Assembly (NCBI RefSeq): GCF_018398935.1 | Contig: NZ_CP074694.1 | Span: 2,850,001 to 2,882,000, forward strand | Source of the DNA: Telmatocola sphagniphila | Lineage (GTDB): Bacteria > Planctomycetota > Planctomycetia > Gemmatales > Gemmataceae | Length of the DNA stretch: 32,000 bases | Direction of reading: 5' to 3' | In this document: piece by piece, positions 1 to 9,703 of the stretch | How the letters are laid out: each line of letters begins with the position of its first letter | How positions within the stretch are numbered: the first letter of the stretch is position 1 | Program-made: the position numbers and the translations under genes | The notes under the pieces: generated by a model | Databases searched by the model: none | Told to the model about the DNA's origin: nothing | The model's input: the letters and a program-made list of their open reading frames with translations, nothing else

Positions 1-2
1 CT

Positions 3-680
3 TATAGCGGTTTCGATTTTTCAAAAAATCTTCCCGCTCGACAGCATTGCATCCAAAAATTGGTTCGGTCGCTGCACGCCCAACTCGTGGAGCGTATTCG
101 AAACGATCTGGAAACTCGCGGCGAAACTGTTCCGGCCGGGGCAAGCATCCCGATCATGCTGGAAGGTCGAGAATACCTGTTCGAAGACGGCGCTTACCAT
201 ATCGACACTTCGCATCTGAATTCGATTGTCGAGTTCTCGCTGCATCTGGAGAACTGCCCGGAACTCAATCTCGCTTCCGAACTGGCTCTCTACGGTTCCA
301 GACTGAGTGGCAGTTTCCAGAACCAGATGGATCCCCCCTTCGAGAACAGCTACGCCGATTACAAGGTCTATCTGGATATCCTGCGCGGCGTGGATGTTGA
401 AGCCGGCCTCAAACACTTCCGCGACAAAATCGACCCGGCCTTCTCCGAAGAGTTCACCCTTCCTGCCGAAATCTACGTCAATCTGCTGCTGCGCTTGGGC
501 CGAATGGACGAAGCTCGGGCAATCGCCAAGAAGTATTTATCCGAGGTTCAAGGTCGGCAGATGGCCTGTCCCGGCGTTTACGAACTCTGTCTGCAGGTGA
601 AAGATTTTCAGGGACTTTCCGATGCGGCTCGTAGTCGGGCGGATGGAGTCAGCTTCCTCGCGGCGCTGGCCTCCCAGTAA
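3..680 (+). CDS. Hypothetical protein, C-terminal part; probably truncated by the left window edge
   Basis: The frame is open from position 3 up to the listed TTG at 60, so the true start is probably upstream of the window. Stop at 678-680. The C-terminus has a TPR-like helical segment (AEIYVNLLLRLGRMDEARAIAKKYL). I recognise no family. Confidence 0.5.
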   Translation, partial: YSGFDFSKNLPARQHCIQKLVRSLHAQLVERIRNDLETRGETVPAGASIPIMLEGREYLFEDGAYHIDTSHLNSIVEFSLHLENCPELNLASELALYGSRLSGSFQNQMDPPFENSYADYKVYLDILRGVDVEAGLKHFRDKIDPAFSEEFTLPAEIYVNLLLRLGRMDEARAIAKKYLSEVQGRQMACPGVYELCLQVKDFQGLSDAARSRADGVSFLAALASQ

Positions 681-729
681 ATCAATTCTTCATCAGTAAT
701 TCTCATTCGCGAAAAAAATCGGGAATAAT

Positions 730-760
730 ATGTCTTTTTGATCTCACTCAAAAAAGACAT
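730..760. promoter_or_regulatory. AT-rich perfect 10-bp hairpin just upstream of the transporter gene start
   Basis: ATGTCTTTTT (730-739) pairs perfectly with AAAAAGACAT (751-760), with an 11-nt loop. It lies 8 nt before the ATG at 769. There is no 3' T-tract, so it is not a classical terminator. Confidence 0.3.
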
Positions 761-768
761 GGATTCCC

Positions 769-2073
769 ATGAAAGACCGATTGCGCGCGGATAAGCCCTG
801 GGTTCTCCTATTCTGGAGCATTGCCGCCACATTCGGGACTTATTTCTGCATGTATATGTTCCGCAAACCCTTCACGGCGTCGGCGTATGAAGGGGAAACA
901 CTCGGTAGCTTCAAGTTCAAAACGGTAATCGTCACCTCCCAAGTACTCGGTTATACGCTCTCCAAATTCCTGGGAATTAAAATCGTCTCGGAAATCAATC
1001 CGCAGCGCCGCGCCTGGTTGATTCTAACTCTGATATCGCTCTCCGAAATTTCTCTAATCCTCTTCGGCCTCACCCCGACACCTTACAATCTGATTTTCAT
1101 GTTCTTTAATGGTCTCCCCCTGGGAATGGTCTTCGGGCTGGTCATCGGCTTTCTCGAAGGACGTCGGATGACGGAGGTCATGACCGCCGGTTTGTGCGTC
1201 AGCTTCATTGTCGCAGGAGGTCTGGCCAAGAAGGTCGGAAAGCATCTGCTCGATTTCGGCGTCCAGTCGCACTGGATGCCCGCCGTTGCCGGAATTTTAT
1301 TCCTGCCCGTATTAATTGGATTCGTCTGGATGCTGACGCAAATTCCTGCTCCCACAAGCGCTGACGAAGATGCTCGATCGCAACGCGTTCCCTTGAATCG
1401 CGAAGACCGCCGAGCATTTTTTCGAAGTTATTCTTTCGGACTGACTAGCATCATCCTGGCATTTCTGCTGATTACGGTTCTTCGAGGCATACGAGACGAT
1501 TTCGCTCCGGAGATCTGGAAAGCACTCGGATCAGATGCCAAGCCAGACGACTTCTTTTTTCCGGATCTTATCGTCGGATTGGGAGTTCTAGTGACCTGCG
1601 GGGCAACGGCGTTTCTGCGAAACAATCGAGGAGCATTTTATTGTGCATTAGGGCTATCCATCCTTGGCCTCGTCCTGGTATGTTTCGCACTCATCGGTAT
1701 AAGAGCGGAATTATTATCCCCGTTCTCGTTTATGGTTGTTCTGGGACTCGGTCTTTACATTCCCTATGTAGCAGTGCACACGACCCTTTTTGAACGTTTG
1801 ATTGCCATGACGCGATCGAAAGGCAATCTCTGCTATCTGATTACCCTTTCGGATTCGTTCGGATATCTGGGCACAGTATTCCTGATGCTCGGCAAGGATT
1901 TTTTCAACACCGGTAACTTCGTTAAAGATTTCTTCGACCTCATTGGCTGGATTGTCGCGATTGTCGGCATAGTGGCGTTTGCCTCTGCCGGAATATACTT
2001 TGCTCGAGTAGGTTCCGCGTTTAAAGAGCCTCAACAGGATATTGCGGCCCAACCCATGACGCAGCAGGTCTGA
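769..2073 (+). CDS. Polytopic (about 12 TM) MFS-like membrane transporter, DUF5690-like
   Basis: 434-aa ORF dominated by hydrophobic helices. The N-terminus (FGTYFCMYMFRKPFTASAY ... QVLGYTLSKFLGIKIVSE) matches my recollection of the DUF5690 family. The stop lies 1 nt before the next gene. Confidence 0.7.
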   Translation: MKDRLRADKPWVLLFWSIAATFGTYFCMYMFRKPFTASAYEGETLGSFKFKTVIVTSQVLGYTLSKFLGIKIVSEINPQRRAWLILTLISLSEISLILFGLTPTPYNLIFMFFNGLPLGMVFGLVIGFLEGRRMTEVMTAGLCVSFIVAGGLAKKVGKHLLDFGVQSHWMPAVAGILFLPVLIGFVWMLTQIPAPTSADEDARSQRVPLNREDRRAFFRSYSFGLTSIILAFLLITVLRGIRDDFAPEIWKALGSDAKPDDFFFPDLIVGLGVLVTCGATAFLRNNRGAFYCALGLSILGLVLVCFALIGIRAELLSPFSFMVVLGLGLYIPYVAVHTTLFERLIAMTRSKGNLCYLITLSDSFGYLGTVFLMLGKDFFNTGNFVKDFFDLIGWIVAIVGIVAFASAGIYFARVGSAFKEPQQDIAAQPMTQQV

Positions 2074-2074
2074 T

Positions 2075-3166
2075 GTGACTTCATCCAATACACTGTTTGG
2101 CCGAATGGCGGTGTTCCATTCCCATTCCCAGCCGCAGGTGATCGAAAAACAGGTCGTCCCCACACCGACTGTCCAGGAAGTGCTGGTACAAATCACCTGC
2201 TGTACGCTTTGCGGAAGTGACATCCACACCGTGAATGGACATAGATCGGTCGCAACGCCGACCGTGCTGGGCCACGAAATTGTCGGCCGGATCGTCAAGT
2301 TCGGGGAGGCGCATCCGCGAATCGATTTTGCCGGGAAGCCGCTACAGGAAAATGATCGCATCACCTGGACGGTAATCGACCGCTGCCGCCAGTGCTTTTA
2401 TTGCATGCAAAACTTGCCGCAAAAGTGCGAGCAGCTGCAGAAGTACGGGCATGTTCTCCACTCGGTTGAAAATGCTTTTGCGGGTGGCCTGGCCGATTAC
2501 ATACTTCTGAAATCCGGAACGGATTGCATTCGTGTTCCCGACAATATCCCGGATCCCATTGCCACACAGGCCAGTTGCTCCACGGCCACCGTCGCAGCCA
2601 TCTATCGCCACGCCCCGAAATTCCAGACAGTTTTCATATTCGGCGCGGGAGTTTTGGGACTGACGGCCGCCGCGATGGCCCACGCTAGTGGGGCTGAGGT
2701 AATTGCGATCTGCGACCGCGATCCGGTATGCCTCAAACGTGCCAGTGGCTTCGGAGCCGGCGCCCTTTTTGATGCGGATCTGCCAACCCAGGCTAAAGAA
2801 TTATCGCAACTGACTCATGGCCGCGGTTTCGATTTAGTCATCGAATTGGCTGGAACGCAACAGACTTGTGCCGCGGCTATCCCCTTAACTCGCATCGGCG
2901 GCACGATAATCTTCGCGGGAACCGTCTCTCCCACGGAGCCGATTCCTCTCGATCCGGAACTGATGGTTCGCCGGTTACTGACGATCAAGGGAGTGCACAA
3001 CTACACCTCGCTCGATCTGCAAAAGGCCTTGGACTTCCTGGAAAATTCGGGGAAGAATTACCCCTTCGAGTTGCTGGTGGGCGAAACTTTTCCGCTCTCC
3101 GAAGTGAATGCCGCTTTCGAAAGAGCGCGAACGACTCGGGGCATGCGAATAGTAGTACGACCCTGA
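2075..3166 (+). CDS. Zinc-dependent alcohol dehydrogenase, medium-chain dehydrogenase/reductase (MDR) family
   Basis: Catalytic-zinc motifs CGSDIH and GHEIVGRIV. Structural-zinc motif C-x2-C-x2-C-x7-C (CRQCFYCMQNLPQKC). Rossmann motif FGAGVLGL. GTG start at 2075, with an in-frame ATG alternative at 2105. Confidence 0.85.
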   Translation: MTSSNTLFGRMAVFHSHSQPQVIEKQVVPTPTVQEVLVQITCCTLCGSDIHTVNGHRSVATPTVLGHEIVGRIVKFGEAHPRIDFAGKPLQENDRITWTVIDRCRQCFYCMQNLPQKCEQLQKYGHVLHSVENAFAGGLADYILLKSGTDCIRVPDNIPDPIATQASCSTATVAAIYRHAPKFQTVFIFGAGVLGLTAAAMAHASGAEVIAICDRDPVCLKRASGFGAGALFDADLPTQAKELSQLTHGRGFDLVIELAGTQQTCAAAIPLTRIGGTIIFAGTVSPTEPIPLDPELMVRRLLTIKGVHNYTSLDLQKALDFLENSGKNYPFELLVGETFPLSEVNAAFERARTTRGMRIVVRP

Positions 3167-3171
3167 CTGAA

Positions 3172-4980
3172 TCAGACCAATAGCATCGGTTCCGGTTCGA
3201 ATTCAAAATCGAACGGCGGTTCGGATTGCACTCCTTCGTCGCCACGATTGCGGAAAATATGGAGGATGCGCGCCCGGCCCAGATTTTCGAACCGCGGTTC
3301 CGGATAAGTCAGCGATTCAAAGGGCTGATCCAGTAGAAATTCGTGGATCATCACTTTGATTTTCGGCATGCCATCGAACTGCGACTCTTCCGCCCGCCGT
3401 TGTCCGTTTGATTTGTCGTAGACTTCGAACAGTCGGCGCATCACCTTGTTCAGCTTGCGATAACCGACGCCATCTTCGACAAATATCAGGTCGATCTGCA
3501 GGGAGTTCATCAACACGTACAAATAGTGACGAACCGCCCTATCCAGGAGTTGGCCGTAGGGGGGTCCCACAGGTCGGGTTAAGAAGTTACCTTCATTGGC
3601 ATCACTTTCATCCATGTCGTCCCGCAGCATTCCCTGCAAGAGCCACTGATGCGGGGCCAGCCAGTAGCCGCTGCCTCCGGGATGGTGCCGTTGTCCGGCC
3701 TTGCGGAATAATTTCTCAAGCCCCCGCAAGAACATTCGGCGTTTATGGATTTCATCGCGGCGCAGAAGACGATCGAACACGGTTCCCTGTCGCAAGTCTT
3801 CCATACAAACGGCCAGCGGCCAGCGCGGTTGAAATTCCGACGCTTCCGATTCCGCTTCGGGTACCAGCCGAATGCTGATATCCGATGGATTCATCGCGGC
3901 CGGTTCGAAGTGGAGTTTCCAGCCGCGGTTCTTGAATATTTTGCGAATTTCCCGAACTTGCGATCCCGGAGCATTACGAACGAAAATGCTGGGACGGCAA
4001 GGTCGGGAGGGGTTCTGCTTCCACATCGTCCAGAGCATCAGGGTGCCCGACAGAAGCGTCCCGGGAACCAGCCAACCAAGTACCACCCCCATAACGCTGG
4101 TCACTGGCATGCAACAGTCTTTCTCGGAGAAACCGAGTACCACATTTCCAGACGATAAGGTGATGAGTGCCGTCAGCCCCAGAACGATGGTTGCGGCCGC
4201 CAAGAGGATCATCTTTCGGGAAGTAATCGACCAGACTTTGGCTTGGGGATTTTTCCGCCAGACGAACTGCACCCCCGACGAAGTGGGAATGAGCGTTCCC
4301 ACCGCGACCGCCAGCAGCGCCACGCCGCACAGCGAAGGAATGACCCAGAACGGCACGAAAAAACCGGCCAGAATCATCGTCGAAACGTAACAGACAAAAA
4401 GAACGTGAACGCGGTTCAAACGGCTTCCCGCGCCTCGCGAATCGGGTAACAAGCGATCCAGTAGCATGATGGGGAGGAAAAAGCCTCCCACAAAAACACA
4501 CAGGACCACAGATCCCCAAAGTACCAGAAGGCTGACCAGATAGGCGAGGTAGCAGACTTGAATCAGCGGTTGCCGCCAACCGTTGGGAAAGAGCGTCCAG
4601 GCCCCGAACCCCAGGAGTGTGGACAGAGCGAGGCAAACGGGCAGAACATAAAGGATTTTCGGCGTACCCCGGGGAATCGGGGGCGAACCGCGGAAGTCGA
4701 TTCCAATTTCAAATTTCACAGAATTGGTGATGGAAAAAATCCGTTCAATCGCACGCGAACCAGCACTCACCCACTGGATCGGATTCATCCGATGTCGTTC
4801 GAGAATCAGGATGCTCAAGAGCATTAAAAAACATAGACCCACAACATCGTGAACGTCGGATTTGGTGAAGCGGCCGAAGATTTCCAGCCCGAAAAAGGCG
4901 CAGCAAACCAGCGGTGCAAACCAGGAGCTAGACCAGACGGCCCGGCGAACTTGGGGTAAAACTTGGGTGAGAAACTTCAT
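3172..4980 (-). CDS. Hypothetical polytopic membrane protein with a soluble C-terminal domain of about 270 aa
   Basis: 602-aa ORF. The N-terminal roughly 330 aa contain multiple hydrophobic helices and the C-terminal part is charged and soluble. No family recognised. It converges on the ADH gene with only 5 nt between the stop codons. Confidence 0.7.
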   Translation of the reverse strand: MKFLTQVLPQVRRAVWSSSWFAPLVCCAFFGLEIFGRFTKSDVHDVVGLCFLMLLSILILERHRMNPIQWVSAGSRAIERIFSITNSVKFEIGIDFRGSPPIPRGTPKILYVLPVCLALSTLLGFGAWTLFPNGWRQPLIQVCYLAYLVSLLVLWGSVVLCVFVGGFFLPIMLLDRLLPDSRGAGSRLNRVHVLFVCYVSTMILAGFFVPFWVIPSLCGVALLAVAVGTLIPTSSGVQFVWRKNPQAKVWSITSRKMILLAAATIVLGLTALITLSSGNVVLGFSEKDCCMPVTSVMGVVLGWLVPGTLLSGTLMLWTMWKQNPSRPCRPSIFVRNAPGSQVREIRKIFKNRGWKLHFEPAAMNPSDISIRLVPEAESEASEFQPRWPLAVCMEDLRQGTVFDRLLRRDEIHKRRMFLRGLEKLFRKAGQRHHPGGSGYWLAPHQWLLQGMLRDDMDESDANEGNFLTRPVGPPYGQLLDRAVRHYLYVLMNSLQIDLIFVEDGVGYRKLNKVMRRLFEVYDKSNGQRRAEESQFDGMPKIKVMIHEFLLDQPFESLTYPEPRFENLGRARILHIFRNRGDEGVQSEPPFDFEFEPEPMLLV

Positions 4981-5037
4981 CGCGGTACTGCATCCGAAGA
5001 CGCCGCGATCCTCTAAAGATATGCGGCTGTCGGTCCA

Positions 5038-7515
5038 TCACACCAGCTTCAAGGTACCGCGCGTAACACCTAGTTGATTCATCACGCGCAGCTTTTTCCA
5101 GGTCTCCTTACCATCCTCCTGACCGGCGAGAACTCGCCGATACGTAGTCAAAAGAGATTGCACTTCCGTGCCGCGCTCTCTCAATAGATCTATGCGAAAT
5201 CTCGACAGCCCTAAAGCCTGCATTTGCGGCAGGTACTCGATGGCGGACTGTGCTTGGGAATTATACACGGTGTTTCGACAACCTGTGTCTGGAATCACCG
5301 GAAAATCCGCATTCACTCTGTCTCTTAATTCCACCTTGTGGTCATCGCAGGGCCGACCGCAATCGCGGAAGTCTCGACCGTTTGACAAAAATGCCGCAAA
5401 TACGCAATGTTCCATGTGAAACATCGGCATATGCTGATGAATTACCGGCTCAAACCACTCGACCGGAACTCGCCTCATCAGAGCCTGAAATTGCTCCCAA
5501 TTCAAGTCAAAACTGGGAATTAGTCGCTCCAGGCCGCTCTTCACAAAAAAAGCCGCCGTCAATTCGTTGGCCACATTCAGTGAGAAATCTCCGATCAGCC
5601 GCGCCGAGGGCAATTTTTCCTGAAAGTAGAGCAACGCTGCCAGATTTCGAATTAAGACGGCGTCGGGCTGCGCGTGAAGAATGGGTGACAGAAACCCTTC
5701 CTCCCCCGGCTTCTGAATTCGAAGAGGGGCTAGGCCGATGGGTATTTCTCTGGCCCGAGCGAGAGGCACCGCTTCCTTGTACTTGCGCAGATCCTCAAAA
5801 TCGCAATAGACCATAGAAACCGATTCCGCATCTTCCAGTACGGCCGCGAGTTGATCCAGATTGCGTACGAGGACGGTGATACTCGGCGGCCTAGTCGATG
5901 GCTTCGCTTTCGGAATTTCTGACCTAAGTGTTTTCAGAGCTTCAGGTTCCGCAATCGCCTTCGCCTCCCGAGCGATACGGAGCTCGCAAAGTTTTTGCAC
6001 GGCCTGCCGGCGCAGATCATTGAGAATACTTTTGGGTACCAGCACCGGCTGAGGACAATCGATTTCCACAAGACCCAACTGAAAGGGAGTATCGCCGAGT
6101 CGGTCGAATTGTTCCCGAAGGAGTTCCCCATTAAAAGGATGCTTCCGAGGAACTTCCAGCGGTCCGGGCCAACTTACCTCCACTCGCAAACCGGTGTCGT
6201 CGGAAAGGAAGATGGTTAAAGCACCGCCGACGTTCCCAACCGCCTTCACATGCACCGGCACCCGGTGGTAGATCGGGTCATTCTGATACGATTGCTCCAG
6301 TTCCTTTTTCACGACTGGATCATCGGTTTTCCAAACCCGGCAACCGTTGGGTATTTTCGAAGAATCGAAATCCACGTCCAGGCGGATCAAAGCTTCATTC
6401 GGACCCAGGGCTTCCACCGCCCAAAGCCGTCCCCCCGGTTCCTGCTGATCGGGCTTGCCGAGATCGAAAACCACCCCATCTCCGGGCTTCGGGGAAACGG
6501 AGTCTTCCAGCCGAACGATAATTCCATTTCGTTGCTGTCGGCTGACCCGGCCCAGTAACAACCCTCGGGCTTTGGGTACACGCCCTTCAACGGTTTGCTG
6601 GTGATTTACTCCTTCGAGAAAGCCGGGAATAAAGCCACGGGAATAGGTCAGACTCAGATTGTGCGAGGCCTCCTGCGATAGTTCGAACGCTTTGTGCTCT
6701 CGAGCAGAATCGATGGCCCCGCGATAGGTTTGGGTCGCCGCCGCGACATAGTGGGAGCTTTTCAGCCGGCCTTCGATCTTGAAACTAGCCACTCCCGCGT
6801 CGACCAAATCCGCCACCTGATCGTAACCCGCCAGATCCTGAGGACTTAGGAGATATGCCCGATCTCCCAATTCCTTCGATTTTCCATCGACGATCATCTC
6901 ATAAGGCAGACGGCAGGCTTGAGCGCATTGCCCGCGATTGGCACTTCGTCCCCCCAGCGACTCACTGGTCAGACACTGCCCGGAATAAGCCACGCAAAGT
7001 GCCCCGTGAATGAAAACTTCCAGGGGAACGGACGTTTCTTGACCGATTTTGCGAATATCGGAAATCGACAGTTCCCGGGCCATAACGGCCCGCTGCACGA
7101 ACAGTTTTTCCCGAACGAATTGAATACCCCTCGATTCCGAGAGCGTCATCTGCGTCGATGCATGAATTGGCAGATCGGGAGCGATCCGATGAATCAGTCG
7201 GGCGATGCCGACGTCCTGCACAATCAAAGCGTCAATTCCCGCCTCAGCCACTTCCCGGATGTAGGCCGCGGCATCCTCGAGTTCATCGGAAAAAATCAGC
7301 GTGTTGAAGGTGAGAAAGCCCTTCACGTTACGATCGTGCAGATAGCGGATGACTTTGGGGAGATCTTCGTGACTGAAATTGGTGGCCCGATGGCGAGCGT
7401 TGAAGCGATCCAGACCGAAGTAGACGGCGTCTGCCCCGTTCGCGACCGCAGCCCGTAGTGCATTCCAGTCGCCAGCGGGTGCAAGCAGTTCAGGAGGATG
7501 GGAACGAACTGCCAT
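5038..7515 (-). CDS. Peptidase U32 family protein, long form
   Basis: 825-aa ORF. N-terminus is ELLAPAGDWNALRAAVANGADAVYFG. The U32 signature E-x-F-x2-G-[SA]-[LIVM]-C-x4-G-x-C-x-[LIVM]-S is present as EVFIHGALCVAYSGQCLTS. Confidence 0.9.
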   Translation of the reverse strand: MAVRSHPPELLAPAGDWNALRAAVANGADAVYFGLDRFNARHRATNFSHEDLPKVIRYLHDRNVKGFLTFNTLIFSDELEDAAAYIREVAEAGIDALIVQDVGIARLIHRIAPDLPIHASTQMTLSESRGIQFVREKLFVQRAVMARELSISDIRKIGQETSVPLEVFIHGALCVAYSGQCLTSESLGGRSANRGQCAQACRLPYEMIVDGKSKELGDRAYLLSPQDLAGYDQVADLVDAGVASFKIEGRLKSSHYVAAATQTYRGAIDSAREHKAFELSQEASHNLSLTYSRGFIPGFLEGVNHQQTVEGRVPKARGLLLGRVSRQQRNGIIVRLEDSVSPKPGDGVVFDLGKPDQQEPGGRLWAVEALGPNEALIRLDVDFDSSKIPNGCRVWKTDDPVVKKELEQSYQNDPIYHRVPVHVKAVGNVGGALTIFLSDDTGLRVEVSWPGPLEVPRKHPFNGELLREQFDRLGDTPFQLGLVEIDCPQPVLVPKSILNDLRRQAVQKLCELRIAREAKAIAEPEALKTLRSEIPKAKPSTRPPSITVLVRNLDQLAAVLEDAESVSMVYCDFEDLRKYKEAVPLARAREIPIGLAPLRIQKPGEEGFLSPILHAQPDAVLIRNLAALLYFQEKLPSARLIGDFSLNVANELTAAFFVKSGLERLIPSFDLNWEQFQALMRRVPVEWFEPVIHQHMPMFHMEHCVFAAFLSNGRDFRDCGRPCDDHKVELRDRVNADFPVIPDTGCRNTVYNSQAQSAIEYLPQMQALGLSRFRIDLLRERGTEVQSLLTTYRRVLAGQEDGKETWKKLRVMNQLGVTRGTLKLV

Positions 7516-7537
7516 GATCTTACTTCTAAAGTGAAAG

Positions 7538-7565
7538 TGAGGTGAGCCAGTTAGCCTTCACCTCA
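7538..7565 (-). terminator. Hairpin between the rpsT stop and the U32 start; possible terminator or attenuator
   Basis: TGAGGTGA (7538-7545) pairs with TCACCTCA (7558-7565), with a 12-nt loop. On the minus-strand RNA it is followed by CTTTCACTTT. Confidence 0.4.
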
Positions 7566-7576
7566 GTGCAATTCAA

Positions 7577-7846
7577 CTATTTGGCCTTGGTAATTCCCAG
7601 CTTCTTGGCCAGCTGGCTCTTCTTGCGAGCTGCGGCGTTGGGATGAATTACCTTCTTGGCAGCGGCCTTATCGAGTTTTTTGCTGGCCAGTTTGAACTCG
7701 GCCACTTTCTGCTCGGGCGTGCCCTTGGCCAGCGCCTCGGAGAATTTCTTGAACTGAACCTTGATCGCTTTTTTCACATCGCGATTGTGAGCCCGGCGCT
7801 TTTCGGCCTGGCGGAGAGCTTTTTCTGCACTTTTGGTATGCGGCAT
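7577..7846 (-). CDS. rpsT: 30S ribosomal protein S20
   Basis: 89 aa, very basic. N-terminus HTKSAEKALRQAEKRRAHNRDVKKAIK is typical of S20. Confidence 0.95.
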   Translation of the reverse strand: MPHTKSAEKALRQAEKRRAHNRDVKKAIKVQFKKFSEALAKGTPEQKVAEFKLASKKLDKAAAKKVIHPNAAARKKSQLAKKLGITKAK

Positions 7847-7883
7847 TTCTCGGATCTACCTTTGAAAATTTAGAGAAAGACGA

Positions 7884-7909
7884 GCGGCCGAATACTTCGA
7901 TCCGGCCGC
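7884..7909 (-). terminator. GC-rich hairpin after tsf; probable intrinsic terminator or processing site
   Basis: GCGGCCG (7884-7890) pairs with CGGCCGC (7903-7909). On the minus-strand RNA it is followed by TCGTCTTTCTCTAAATTTT. Confidence 0.55.
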
Positions 7910-7916
7910 CAGCCCT

Positions 7917-8780
7917 TTATACGATTTCGCCCACTTTGTAGCGGACGTACTTAACGAGTTTCAGGCCGGCCCCACTCAGGAGCTGCCCCACAGTCTTCTT
8001 GTCATATTTCGCTGCATTGGCAATCGGCTGTTCGAGCAGAACCGTCTCGGCATACCAGGTCTTCAGTTTGCCTTCGATGATTTTCTCGACGATATTGGCC
8101 GGTTTGCCCGCGTTCTTCGGATCGGCATCGGTCAGCTTCTTGGCCAGTTCCTTTTCTCGCTCGAGCACATCCGTGGGGAGTTGATCGACCGAGGCATAGA
8201 CCGGATTCATTGCGGCAATGTGAGCACAGATGTCTCTCAGCAATTCCGGGCTGGCCGTATCCTTGCCAGTCACTTCGAGCAGAACGCCCAGGGTGCCATC
8301 GTGGTGGATGTAGTTGCCGTACAGACCACCCGTCAACCGGGTGAACCGCTGAACCTTCATGTTCTCGCGGATCAGACCGATGACTTCATTGATGCGGTCC
8401 GTGACGGTCAGCGCGCTGTTGCCAACGAAAGGGGCTGCCGAGAGCGTGGCCACATCGGCCGGGTTTTGAACCGCAACCTGCTTGGCTAGATCAGCAACCA
8501 GAGCGATGAACTGTTCGCTTTTGGTCACGGGAGCCGATTCGCAGCGCATCTCAAGGATGGATGCGGTTTTGGTACCGGCATCGATGTAAACGCCGACTCG
8601 TCCTTCCGCCGTTTCGTTGCCCGCTCGCTTGTTGGAAACGGACTTGAACCGCTCTCGAAGCAGCATGACCGCCTTGTCCATATCGCCGGCAGCTTCGGTG
8701 AGAGCCGACTTGCATTCCATCAGAGGCAGGTCGGTCCGTTTGCGAAGTTCGTTGACAGCGGCCGCAGTAATTGCACTCAT
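7917..8780 (-). CDS. tsf: Translation elongation factor Ts
   Basis: 287 aa. UBA-like N-terminus AAVNELRKRTDLPLMECKSALTEAAGDMDKAVMLLRE. GAGGAA Shine-Dalgarno sequence upstream of the ATG. Sits directly downstream of rpsB. Confidence 0.95.
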   Translation of the reverse strand: MSAITAAAVNELRKRTDLPLMECKSALTEAAGDMDKAVMLLRERFKSVSNKRAGNETAEGRVGVYIDAGTKTASILEMRCESAPVTKSEQFIALVADLAKQVAVQNPADVATLSAAPFVGNSALTVTDRINEVIGLIRENMKVQRFTRLTGGLYGNYIHHDGTLGVLLEVTGKDTASPELLRDICAHIAAMNPVYASVDQLPTDVLEREKELAKKLTDADPKNAGKPANIVEKIIEGKLKTWYAETVLLEQPIANAAKYDKKTVGQLLSGAGLKLVKYVRYKVGEIV

Positions 8781-8803
8781 GGCTTTCCTCGTTTTCTCCG
8801 TCT

Positions 8804-9703
8804 TTAAGCGGTGGTCTTTTCAGTTTCAGCAGCGGGAACAGGTTTTTCTTTATCGACAGGGGCCGCGTTGCGCTGGTTCGCCTGCCCGCGGGGTCGTGCC
8901 GCCTGGTTCGCCATTTCCGGAGGAAGTGCCGCGCGCCCTTCGAGAACCGCATCGGCCAGCTTCTGGACGATCAATTCGATCGAGCGAATGCTATCGTCAT
9001 TACCGGGAATGGGAAGATCGACGGGATCCGGATCGCTATCGGTATCGATCAGAGCAATCGTGGCCACACCCATGCGCTGAGCTTCTTTAACCGCGATGTG
9101 TTCCTTCTTGGGATCCACAACCACCAGAGCATCGGGAAGCTTCTTCATATCCCGAATACCCTGCAAGTTACGGCGAATTTTCATCAATTCGCGGGACAGG
9201 GTGCTCACCATCTTCTTGGAGTAGGTGCGGATAACCGCCGTTTCCGGAGCTTTGTGAATATCGAGCTTGCCGGTTTCGTTCATCATGCTGTTGATATACT
9301 GCAGCATGTCGATCTTGTTCGGGTTTTCGCCGGAAGGAAGCCACATTTCCTCGAGTTCGCGAAGCCGGTTCAACCGGCTGCGGATCGTACGGTAATTCGT
9401 CAGAATACCTCCCAGCCATCGCTCGGAGACATAAGGCATGGAGCAGCGGGTCGCTTCCCGTTCGATAATTTCCTTGGCTTGTCGTTTGGTACCGACGAAC
9501 AGCACCAGGCTACCGCGGCTGATCAGCTGTGCCAGATAGCGGTGGCCGCGCAGCAAACCTCGCATGGTTTCGCGTAAATCGACAATGTGAATCAGATTGC
9601 GCTTGCCGTAGATGTACGGTCGCATTTTCGGATTCCAGCGGCTGGCGCGGTGGCCGTAGTGCACGCCGGCTTCGAGCAGTTCCTTCACTTGGAAATTCGA
9701 CAC
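8804..9703 (-). CDS. rpsB: 30S ribosomal protein S2
   Basis: 299 aa. Motifs [22 protein letters not shown] and IVDLRET. GTG start preceded by AAGGAG at 6-nt spacing. Basic/Pro-rich C-terminal tail. Confidence 0.95.
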   Translation of the reverse strand: MSNFQVKELLEAGVHYGHRASRWNPKMRPYIYGKRNLIHIVDLRETMRGLLRGHRYLAQLISRGSLVLFVGTKRQAKEIIEREATRCSMPYVSERWLGGILTNYRTIRSRLNRLRELEEMWLPSGENPNKIDMLQYINSMMNETGKLDIHKAPETAVIRTYSKKMVSTLSRELMKIRRNLQGIRDMKKLPDALVVVDPKKEHIAVKEAQRMGVATIALIDTDSDPDPVDLPIPGNDDSIRSIELIVQKLADAVLEGRAALPPEMANQAARPRGQANQRNAAPVDKEKPVPAAETEKTTA

